A model generated the notes under the pieces. It made no database searches and was not told where the DNA came from. It saw nothing but the letters and a program-made list of their open reading frames with translations. From assembly GCA_000002445.1 (NCBI GenBank), contig AE017150.2, forward strand, positions 832,001 to 896,000: DNA of 64,000 bases, read 5' to 3'. The translations under genes were made by a program, and so were the position numbers. The DNA is from Trypanosoma brucei (Eukaryota). Shown here in pieces: positions 11,894 through 21,039 of this stretch. The stretch's first letter is position 1, and the number at the start of each line of letters is the position of its first letter.

Positions 11894-12082
11894 TTACAAC
11901 ATATATATACAAACAGTATTAGGCATGGAGAAATACTCCTTCACATTAACAATCACGCGTCCATCATCACCATCAGCAGCAGTCACATGCAGCGAACACA
12001 CGGCAGTTAGCAATAATAAAATACCGCACAGGAGAGCAGCACGCGTAAAACCAAAATTCACCATACGGGTGTCCATGCTCAT
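11894..12082 (-). pseudogene. truncated 5' fragment of the lectin-like surface protein gene (first ~53 codons plus upstream region), copy 1
   Basis: Its 62-aa ORF shares MSMDTRMVNFGFTRAALLCGILLLLTAVCSLHVTAADGDDGRVIVNVKEYFSM exactly with the N-terminus of the 12902..13999 gene, then diverges and stops. It lies in a 395-bp element (11927-12322) repeated at 13845-14240. Confidence 0.6.
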
Positions 12083-12901
12083 TGTCAGTGTTGCTTCCTT
12101 ATGACTTTATCAAATACACACATATGCGGGAAAGAGGGAAGAGCGTGTGAGTAAAGGGGAAATGCAACAGTGACAATAGAAAAAGGAGTTACACAAGATA
12201 TCAAATAATCACACATACACTCGAGGATAATAAACAAGAAATATGAAAAGGATAACACAAATAATAATGGAAGAGAGCAGCCATATCACATATCCCAACA
12301 AATTGGTTAGTGAGACACAGGTACTCAAAACATTTATTATCATAATGGGCCAAGTATAACTCAGGGATTGAACACTATGGAACTCTCATTTAATACAACC
12401 TCATATAGATTGTTAAAATAATTAAGTGCTGCAAGTTACACGTATAGCAATACATCACACGTAACAGGGAGGACCTACAAGCCTCCCACATATACATGGA
12501 AGTAAAACATGAAATAACGCGAACTAAACATGACACCCACACACGAAATAAATAATCAACACCAACAACAACGAAACAATGGGACATCAAACAGTAAAGA
12601 TGGTTCAATGGGTCACACACTAAAAGAGCAATGATGTGGTCGGAGGGAAGTGATGCCACACATCGGAAGTCCCTCGCAGAGCCAACATGGTACAAGGAGA
12701 TCGTTAATATTAGGAACATAAAAGTAATAATTACATAAGAGAGTATTGAGCACTACTGAAAGTAATAATAGGAAGTGAAACAATACACGAAGCTAGAAAT
12801 TTTGACGGTCCGTAACGTAGGATGAAAGCGGCACAGTATTCATTACTCCACTTGATCCTAAACATCACTCAACCACCACCCATGTGATACACGATGTGAC
12901 G

Positions 12902-13999
12902 CTAATACGATTGACCGGTCATCATTTGGTTATAATATTGCAGGGCTAAGGGAGGAGCAGCAAAACCCTCTGGGGGAACAAAAGGTGTTGGCTCCAGGAC
13001 AAACAACGGCTCTCCAACAACTTCACGCAGCGTCATGGGAATGATCTCCTTTTTAACATTATAATCACAGAACCAACGTAAAAGGAAAAGCAGCAACACA
13101 ATGAGGGAAACAACAGAAATTAGAGCTATAAGAATAATGAGCAAATCAATCCTCTCTTCCAATGACACAGTTGTCACAGTAACTTCTTCATCCTTTGTCA
13201 CAGTTGGTTCCGGTACTTCGCCAGAGGCAGGTGCAGTTGTAGTTGTAGTGGTAGTTGTTGTGGTTGTCGTCGTGCTGATAGAATCATGGACCTCGCAAAC
13301 AACAACGTAGTCTTGAGACTTTGTTTCAAAGTTCTGACTTGTCCAACGAATAGTCCCAGAAGCCTCCCTGCCATCATACCAGGTAGTCACATCATCATCT
13401 TCATGGTACCATGAAAGGGTATACAACTGACCATGCTTGGGATATTCACTACCCCAAAAGGATGGGTAACCATTCATTGGAGCCGCAAAAGCGTATTTGA
13501 CATATGAACCACGCCAGAACGCCACCCCGTGACCATCAGGCAAAGCCTTTGCAAACAATCCCTTATTCCAACGATACACACAATGACGTGAAGATGCCGC
13601 GTCTCCAGGCTTACAACGCTTATCAGCCACAATGGCCCCGCCACTACTGTACACAGCATCTCCACCAAGGTAGCTGAAAGCATCCGAACCCGTTAACACA
13701 TCTTTCATTGCATCCTGCAAACTTTGGTGTGCCGCCTCCGTTTGATCGGCAGGAAGCACAGCGCCATTGTCGCGGCAATATGCTTCAGCATTGTTGTAAC
13801 TAACAAAGTACTTCCCATGACGACTAAATGCAAAATTGTCCATAGAGAAATACTCCTTCACATTAACAATCACGCGTCCATCATCACCATCAGCAGCAGT
13901 CACATGCAGCGAACACACGGCAGTTAGCAATAATAAAATACCGCACAGGAGAGCAGCACGCGTAAAACCAAAATTCACCATACGGGTGTCCATGCTCAT
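12902..13999 (-). CDS. type I membrane surface glycoprotein: signal peptide, C-type-lectin-like ectodomain, poly-Thr mucin-like stalk, single TM, short cytoplasmic tail (paralog A)
   Basis: 365 aa. The N-terminus has a hydrophobic signal peptide. The ectodomain has CTLD-like spacing (KYFVSYNNAEAYCRDNGAVLPADQTEAAHQSLQ ... WYDGREASGTIRWTSQNFE ... YVVVCEV). A run of 13 Thr precedes APASGEVPEPTVT, then the TM LIILIALISVVSLIVLLLFLL and tail RWFCDYNVKKE... The lectin assignment is tentative; the architecture is clear. Confidence 0.6.
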   Translation of the reverse strand: MSMDTRMVNFGFTRAALLCGILLLLTAVCSLHVTAADGDDGRVIVNVKEYFSMDNFAFSRHGKYFVSYNNAEAYCRDNGAVLPADQTEAAHQSLQDAMKDVLTGSDAFSYLGGDAVYSSGGAIVADKRCKPGDAASSRHCVYRWNKGLFAKALPDGHGVAFWRGSYVKYAFAAPMNGYPSFWGSEYPKHGQLYTLSWYHEDDDVTTWYDGREASGTIRWTSQNFETKSQDYVVVCEVHDSISTTTTTTTTTTTTTAPASGEVPEPTVTKDEEVTVTTVSLEERIDLLIILIALISVVSLIVLLLFLLRWFCDYNVKKEIIPMTLREVVGEPLFVLEPTPFVPPEGFAAPPLALQYYNQMMTGQSY

Positions 14000-15103
14000 T
14001 GTCAGTGTTGTTTCCTTATGACTTTATCAAATACACACATATGCGGGAAAGAGGGAAGAGCGTGTGAGTAAAGGGGAAATGCAACAGTGACAATAGAAAA
14101 AGGAGTTACACAAGATATCAAATAATCACACATACACTCGAGGATAATAAACAAGAAATATGAAAAGGATAACACAAATAATAATGGAAGAGAGCAGCCA
14201 TATCACATATCCCAACAAATTGGTTAGTGAGGCACAGGTACACGTCGTATTTGATACAATAGTGGAGAAACTAAAGCAGAAAGAATATACATTATTCAAC
14301 TCTTGTTTGGTACAACCCTACTGTGCGAGGTCACCCGGAGCATTCGAGAGTGATGAAAACCAAATCCTCGCCTATTCATTATCCACGTTAGTTGAGGGGC
14401 GGAAGTGCTGCGTACATCAACGCGCGGTAAGAAGCGAGTGAAAACCGACTTACATTTGTCGCGACCTTCTTCAGGTGACGTCCGTAGGTGTGCCTGATCA
14501 GGATACGGCCATCTAGTATGAGAAGTAACCGGCGACGCCGATCTATCCGAACAAATACTACAACAAACAGCATAGACACGGAAGCGGAGTGGGAAAGCAT
14601 CACCAGCTCAGTTGTACTCAGTGTGCCAATAGGGTGGTTTTTTTTCTGCTATAAAAAAAGAACTTGAAGCATAAAGAAACGATGGTCCGCCTCCAGCTGC
14701 GTACCGGCGCACAGCGGAACCCCCATTGAATTTAAAACATCGTGCAGGTGGAGGTGCGGCAAGTTTACTCCCTCCCTTCCCTTCATTGTCTTCTTGGGTA
14801 CCTCGCGCATGTCCCAACAAACCACACAATCTCCAACCCGAGGACAACCGATAACGGGCATACGCTTTGTCTCCCCGCAAAGTCTCCAAGCGCGCACGTA
14901 TTCACATCACTATCGCAGCCTGTCATATTGCATACAAGTCGCTGTGGCCTTGCGAAAAAAAGCTCCCAGCTAGCGTAAACTAAACTCTCTCCAAGCACCA
15001 GGAGACAGAGTTGCAAATGCACACCACCACTCAGTCCCAACCTCGCTTCTTCGATCTGTTCATCTGTCAACACCAGCTCTCCCAAGTCCGTTCATCCATT
15101 GTG

Positions 15104-17926
15104 TTACCTCCCGGGGCGTACATCCCATTGCACAGCCTCCAGTCCATCCACAAGCAGCACCGCGCGTCCACAAAACCCCCTCACCAACGGCACCTCGCCA
15201 ACAAACACGGTGCACGCATCATCGACAACGTCCAACCTCGTGACGTCGGATGACACGAACGTTGAATAACCGTCCGCTATAAGCGCTACCTCCACGCGGG
15301 GGCATTTTGAGGAATCTGTGAGGTCCCGCAAGCGGGAATACTCCCGTCGCAACATCTTTAACCGCCTTGAACGAGCTGCGCTACGGCGGCACACCAGCAC
15401 CAGCTCTTCCTCCGCGTCGCTTACTGCGTCCTGTCGCTCTGACACCCTGTCTCTCAGTTCGTTAACTTTCTGTTGCAAGGCATCCTCCTGTCTCTTCAGA
15501 TTCGCGAGTTCTTTACCCCGGCGGCGCACCATATTTTTCTGAAGAGCAGCGATTTCCTGTTGAAGAGTCTCTATCCCTTCCTTCTCCTCCTCTTGGGCCT
15601 CCGCCAACTCTTCCTTGGCTCGCCGAATCTGTTCTTTCAATTGGGACTGGCTGCTCTCTCGCTGCTCCTGATGCATGGCACGCTCCTCTCTGTAGAGGTG
15701 GGTGGAGATGGTGTCCACAGCGCAGCGCAAGTGATCGTTGCGCGGAACTCTTACGGCAACACGCTGTGTGTGGTTGAGTGTTGTCCACACTCCACAAAGC
15801 GGTTCGATCAGAGTTGCACCACGTTGTTGAAATTCGTTCATGATGAGCGGCCAGCCGCAAGGTTCCTCGGTCTGATCGATGGGGCAGGCACACCGCAACT
15901 GAAGTAGTGCAGATGGCAAACGTACCACAGGCCCATCGGCCGGCACTTGATGCAACCCCGGCTGATGGCAATGGTGGTGTTGTTGATACCGCACCAAAGA
16001 ACCGTAGTTTTGCTCAGGTTGAACAAGGGAGCACTGATTCGTGGGTGTCACGCGTATGCAACCTACATTTCTGAATGGCTCAACGGCGCCCAACCCCCGT
16101 GGACGTTCAAATATGTGCACGAGTAGTGGTTGAGATGACCACCGCATTCGAGCAGAGCGGACATCTAAAAGAATTTCCACCTCATTCAAGTCGTCAAGTC
16201 TTCGTTGAACGAGAATCAACTCCTTGTCTAAAAGGGGAACCATGGGCACAGGGTCCAAGGTTGACGTCGCCGTTGCCGAAATGTCAACATCGCACATGCA
16301 CGCTCGAACAACTACACGTACAACATGTTGGTTCCTGTCAGCAAAAATGGGGTGAGAAGTTGGTTCGACCACCTCCACAAACAGCGAAGATTGCAACTGT
16401 ACAACGACACGGCCACTCAGCAACTCCTTCTTTCTTGATTGACTCTGAGGAGAATCATCACCATTCTGGTTGTTGTTGTTGCTATTTATAATGCGATGGA
16501 TTTGAGGGAGTGAAAAGTCCCGTTGCTCATGGATCAGGCTAAGTTCTTCGAAATTTGTTGCTAGCAATAGCGTCAAACTCACCCTACCATCAGGAGCACG
16601 CACCCAGCCACACCCCAAAAGACGACCATCTTTCCAAAGAAGTGGGTTGCGAATTGATCCTGCGGGAAATTCGTAAGCCTCGGCATTGACGTTGGGTGCC
16701 AAAAGAAGGAACTCTGGTAGTCTCTGTGCGAGGAGCATTTGCAACACCATTTTTCGTGGTGTGAAAGCATTACACATCTGAATTCCACGAAGTGCCCCAG
16801 ACAAGTGACCGTACTTTCCGTACACACTTACAGTCGTTTGCTTCAGTGATTCGCTTTCCTCCGCAAGAGCGAGGAGAGATTGATCCATACGTTGGGCCCC
16901 CGTTTGTGAAAGGCTAAGTGAAGGATATGAGTTCCGGCCACTGTTAAAATGGCCTTGCCTCCGTTCCATATCATCACTGTCCCCATCCGTGCCGCACTCA
17001 CTACTCCCCTTGTAGCTATCACTGCTCCCTTCACCCGACAGCCCTGCGGACAACTTTGCCATGCTGTTAGTGTGTTCACTCAACTCGCTCATGGCGCAAG
17101 TCGTGCTAGTGGGCACCTGCGATCCTTTTACGGTGCTTTCCGTACTGGCTCGAACCCGCCTCATCCCCTTCTTCGGCGGCGACCCATGAGGCCTTTCTGC
17201 TGCCGCAACAACACCCAACACGCTCTGATGTCCGTTACTTACGTCTCGTGCAGCAAGGGTCAAACTACGGCTGTACTCCAGTAAAGGTACTGATTCCGCT
17301 TGCATCAACCATTGAGCGCAGTTCAGAATTAGGGTCGCGCCCTCCGTTGCCCACATGCATGAGCGCTCGACGTACCGCTTTCTCTCTTCAGCCTCCTTTA
17401 TCTGGCTCTTAAACTCCTCACTCATCCGCATTATGGCTCGCTGCCGCCTATCCAAGTAGTCGTCATCAATCAACGACGATCCTCTCCGCTTTCGTATGTT
17501 GGCGCGTCGTAACTTCTTGGCTCGCTCAGCGTCCTCGTGGTTCCATCGCTCCCTCATGTCGAGCTGTGCATCATTCCAGTCCTTTTTCAGCGATGCGATG
17601 GATTCCTCTAGTGCATTGTGCTCTTGCTTAAAATCCTGAATATACACCTTCAATTGTTCGAGCGTCATCTCTGGGCAGCACTGCGTCTTCGGATCAGCAC
17701 GAACGTAAGGATAACCAACGGTAGCTTCCTCCCGTAAGATATCCGCGTAACGTGCGGGGTCGCGGCGGAGTTCATTCACCTCGACAACAATTTCCCTCTC
17801 GAACTTGCTGTATTCATCTTCCTTCGACATGACTGCCCTGCGAAGTTCACCTGTGCTCGTGAAGTTATGCAGCTGACGGTAAGGGCCCAGAGGCTGCGCA
17901 CTCATAGTGTCAACTGTGATGGACAT
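15104..17926 (-). CDS. hypothetical protein, 940 aa, with a C-terminal coiled coil
   Basis: Long uninterrupted ORF. Its heptad-rich C-terminus (KEQIRRAKEELAEAQEEEKEGIETLQQEIAALQ...) indicates a coiled coil. No domain assigned. Confidence 0.55.
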   Translation of the reverse strand: MSITVDTMSAQPLGPYRQLHNFTSTGELRRAVMSKEDEYSKFEREIVVEVNELRRDPARYADILREEATVGYPYVRADPKTQCCPEMTLEQLKVYIQDFKQEHNALEESIASLKKDWNDAQLDMRERWNHEDAERAKKLRRANIRKRRGSSLIDDDYLDRRQRAIMRMSEEFKSQIKEAEERKRYVERSCMWATEGATLILNCAQWLMQAESVPLLEYSRSLTLAARDVSNGHQSVLGVVAAAERPHGSPPKKGMRRVRASTESTVKGSQVPTSTTCAMSELSEHTNSMAKLSAGLSGEGSSDSYKGSSECGTDGDSDDMERRQGHFNSGRNSYPSLSLSQTGAQRMDQSLLALAEESESLKQTTVSVYGKYGHLSGALRGIQMCNAFTPRKMVLQMLLAQRLPEFLLLAPNVNAEAYEFPAGSIRNPLLWKDGRLLGCGWVRAPDGRVSLTLLLATNFEELSLIHEQRDFSLPQIHRIINSNNNNQNGDDSPQSQSRKKELLSGRVVVQLQSSLFVEVVEPTSHPIFADRNQHVVRVVVRACMCDVDISATATSTLDPVPMVPLLDKELILVQRRLDDLNEVEILLDVRSARMRWSSQPLLVHIFERPRGLGAVEPFRNVGCIRVTPTNQCSLVQPEQNYGSLVRYQQHHHCHQPGLHQVPADGPVVRLPSALLQLRCACPIDQTEEPCGWPLIMNEFQQRGATLIEPLCGVWTTLNHTQRVAVRVPRNDHLRCAVDTISTHLYREERAMHQEQRESSQSQLKEQIRRAKEELAEAQEEEKEGIETLQQEIAALQKNMVRRRGKELANLKRQEDALQQKVNELRDRVSERQDAVSDAEEELVLVCRRSAARSRRLKMLRREYSRLRDLTDSSKCPRVEVALIADGYSTFVSSDVTRLDVVDDACTVFVGEVPLVRGFCGRAVLLVDGLEAVQWDVRPGR

Positions 17927-19133
17927 TAAGATCCTCTCTGAGTGCGTGTGGTTAAATTGCTTCTACCCGAAGTCAAGCTTTACAGGCCGCGTCGTATAAA
18001 CAAGAGACAAACTACAGCGTTTGGTCCCCGTCTCTATACACACGGCACTCTAAGAATATATATATATATATAATCTTAACCTCTTTTGGTTTGCCTCTTC
18101 TCTACTACAAAACAGAAAATATAGAAAGTGGTATTGCTCCCTTCTTCTTTTTTTTTTCGGAGAAGGGGTTTGAATATTAAATTCCTGTGTCTTCGACCTG
18201 CGGTAAGACAGGCGTTATGGGTGGCTAATGTAGCTGCCGCCTTCCCGATCACGTACCACCATAAAGAGATATAAGCACGTATGATACGTAAGTGCACAGG
18301 GAAGGGCGAAAGGGGGAAAAACAGAACGAAGTATATTAAGAGGAAGGGAGAGTTGAAGAGAAAGAGAAAAGAGGTATCTGCGCAAAGGATAGAACATGTT
18401 GTTGAAAGCCGAAAACAGTTCATGGAAATGCGTGAGACAATCAGCACACTAATTGGAGGGAAAGTAAAAAGGTGTTGCACAGGTATTGCTAATGACGTAT
18501 CGCTACGAACTCCTTTACGACCACTTTTTGCCCAACTGCTGCCCATCATACCGCTCGGCCATTGACTGCCAGTTTTGCTTCGCACCGTCTTGATTAACGA
18601 GCATTGCGAGAGCAGCGGAAAAACAACAAAATACGAGTCCGTAGCGACGCATCCCTGACTGGTAGGTTGTCCAAGAGGCCATTTGAATGGAGAATACGCA
18701 ACAGTGGGTGAGGAACCGGAGCCGATGTCAAAAGAGAAAGCAGCAGTAGAAGTCCGCAGCCAAACCGTTTCAATAATTTAGCGCAGCGACAGCCGAACTG
18801 TATGCTTGTACGTGGACGCGAGTCAAGGTACTTTTGTGTTTAAAACTACTGCAAAGAGCTTTTGTCGTTCCGTAACGGGGAGCAGAAACAAATCGTTTAG
18901 GAGGAAATGACACAACGGGAGAAGAACAAAAAAAAACAAAGGAGGGGGGAAAGCGAAGCGAGTGCAGGAACTGGAAGAGCGATTCGTAGCAGCGGATACA
19001 CACGCACAAGTACCAACTCCCAGCTGAAATGGTAACGGAGGGGGAGGGGTTTGAAAATAACAAAGAGAAAGGTTTTGCCAACAGTAATGGGGACGGTACT
19101 CAGTGAGTCACTATAAGGCGCGAGGCCACTCCC

Positions 19134-20210
19134 CTATTCATTATTCAGCAACCGATTCGCCTCCATGACCCGAACAGTCATTGATTCCTGCTCGGGTGCG
19201 CCCAACTTGGGCACACCACGAACGTACAAGTAATCTCCCTCTTCAATCGGGCACAGAGCACGTAGTGCGAAGAAGGCGCCCGCTCCCTGCTCCTGAGCAA
19301 GGCACCTTCGTCGCAGCTCCCTCATTTCATTCGTCCCCCCTTCCGATAAAACCAAATCTTTGCACTGCTTCAAAAGCGTCTCCTCGTCACTGAAAGGAAA
19401 GTATTCTACCGCAGTATTGTGCAGACCGTCCTCCAGCTGTGGCACCGCGTCGATGAGCGGCATGAGCGTCGGTACAAACATTTCATCCACTTTAGCTTTG
19501 AAAAAGTTTGTACCTGGAAGAAACAGTCGAATAGCAGCGGACTCAATGGGCACCGCACGCAGGTGCAGTGCAGCGAAACTTCGGAACAAATTCTCAAGGA
19601 ACTCTTCGGGATCTTCGCACGCGTCTGTAGCCATCTCTGAGAAGTAATGATCCACCAGCCCGCTTTCTTCACCCCTTTCTCTCGAAACGCCGTTGGCAAC
19701 GCCGTCGCGCCCGCGTGTGTCTTCTAGCAGCCAATGAATGTATGGAGTGAAACGACTCTCCTCTAGTGAGGCTATACGGCACATCCAACCGGCCGTGGTG
19801 AGTTCCGACATACTGGCACTGCGCAAGAAGCTACACCGCTCGTCGTAATTCATCCAATTCACCTCGAGAGGAAAGTTATGCGATACGGTCCCACCCTTGC
19901 CGCTAACACCGTACATCTCCTTGGCAACAACGAGAAAGTTGAAGCAGGCGGTGTGTGGAAGGGTGATGATCGCCTGCCCGGGCCGCAAATGTCTTGCAGC
20001 ACGAAGGCATCGGGCGTAGTGCATGGTGGACACAACCTTCACGTTCCCGCTACCACGCACGTTGTTGGCCTTGCACCATGCACGAAACGACTCCACAGTC
20101 TCCCGTTTGTACAGCCACGAACCCACCTCCTTTACCAAACGCGGTGTTTTTGTCGTGTCACGGTGTACCGGAAATGCAACGCGGCATAGGGACGACGGAC
20201 GTAACATCAC
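19134..20210 (-). CDS. hypothetical protein, 358 aa, possible SET-domain (Rubisco-LSMT-like) methyltransferase
   Basis: The N-terminal segment ESFRAWCKANNVRGSGNVKVV...RHLRPGQAIITLPHTACF resembles the start of LSMT-type SET domains. This is a weak assignment. Confidence 0.4.
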   Translation of the reverse strand: MMLRPSSLCRVAFPVHRDTTKTPRLVKEVGSWLYKRETVESFRAWCKANNVRGSGNVKVVSTMHYARCLRAARHLRPGQAIITLPHTACFNFLVVAKEMYGVSGKGGTVSHNFPLEVNWMNYDERCSFLRSASMSELTTAGWMCRIASLEESRFTPYIHWLLEDTRGRDGVANGVSRERGEESGLVDHYFSEMATDACEDPEEFLENLFRSFAALHLRAVPIESAAIRLFLPGTNFFKAKVDEMFVPTLMPLIDAVPQLEDGLHNTAVEYFPFSDEETLLKQCKDLVLSEGGTNEMRELRRRCLAQEQGAGAFFALRALCPIEEGDYLYVRGVPKLGAPEQESMTVRVMEANRLLNNE

Positions 20211-20335
20211 CTACACGTCCACAACGCTTCGAAAATGGACGCCCTTCCGCAATCCCGTTTTCCCCTTCCCCACACTGTAGCGGTTACCACAAACATCACG
20301 GGTGGAAAGACAATAAAACATGGGCGGCCGTGTTG

Positions 20336-20398
20336 GGTTGGGAGGTAAAACAAAAGAAAAACAATAGAAAAAGCAGAAATAGAAAAGGTCACGCCAGT
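20336..20398 (-). promoter_or_regulatory. polypyrimidine tract on the transcribed strand upstream of the 19134..20210 gene (candidate trans-splicing/polyadenylation signal)
   Basis: The plus strand here is purine-rich (caaaagaaaaacaatagaaaaagcagaaatagaaaagg), so the minus strand is CT-rich, ~130 nt upstream of the ATG. Confidence 0.35.
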
Positions 20399-21039
20399 CA
20401 GATAGTGCAAGACGCGTGATGTTAGGCAACAGGCGGGTCACAGATGTTGTAAACACAAGGGAACGTGTAAGGAGGATTGAAAGATAGGGGGTGGAATTAA
20501 GTTTAAAAGAAAAAAACCTTCTGTATCCAAACCGTACCTATACCCAGTTGTTCTCCCTTCCCCCTCTCTTTCTAAAGAATCATTCTTTTTTTTTTAAGAG
20601 TGTAACGAAGAAGAGAGGAAGAAAGCGAATGTAAGAAAATCACAGCAGTCTATTTCGATCTAGCTTTTCTCCCCATTTGTTCGTGTTTCCCCTCTCCCTT
20701 TCCATTTCCATTTCCCTTTCCCCTCCCCCACATTTGACTCTTCCGAAAGTTTCAAATCCAAAGACACTGCTATACATACAATGTGAAATACATGAATCAC
20801 GCCACACCATCGCTGTAGCACAGAATCTCCCTCACGTCTCAACTACATAATCAGCATAACCCATTGGCAACATCATGCACAACGCTTTCCTGCACAATCC
20901 TCACACACAGAGAGATGGAGGCAATATGCACAACAACAAGAACAGCAAAAAGATTGGAAAACGGAGCGGTCAAACAGTACTTGAAAAAACTAAAGTCAGC
21001 GAAAAGGGATAGAGGGGGTAATAAGTAAGTAACAACAGA

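Larger units (their letters stand above)
8507..14406. repeat. segmental duplication unit A (~5.9 kb), paired with 31630-37512
   Basis: The ORF track shows identical or near-identical protein sets at a constant +23123 offset (8509/31632, 8842/31965, 10413/33536, 11894/35017, 12390/35513). Flanks diverge outside: the left boundary is at attcaaatacagcac and the right boundary after gttgagg(g/a)gcggaa. Confidence 0.85.

Noticed and set aside
12390-12719. 109-aa ORF present in both duplication units (also at 35513..35842)
   Set aside because: It is Cys/Leu/Val-rich low-complexity sequence lying in the 3' UTR of the surface-protein gene. It is duplicated only because the whole region is duplicated.
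14160-14441. Plus-strand 93-aa ORF at the right edge of unit A (truncated equivalent at 37290..37565)
   Set aside because: It is on the opposite strand from the entire gene array and partly overlaps the repeated upstream element. It has no domain and is not conserved in length between the copies.
18076-18585. 169-aa minus-strand ORF in the gap between the 940-aa and 358-aa genes
   Set aside because: Low-complexity, pyrimidine-tract-derived sequence (FLFLFNSPFLLIYFVLFF), consistent with UTR.
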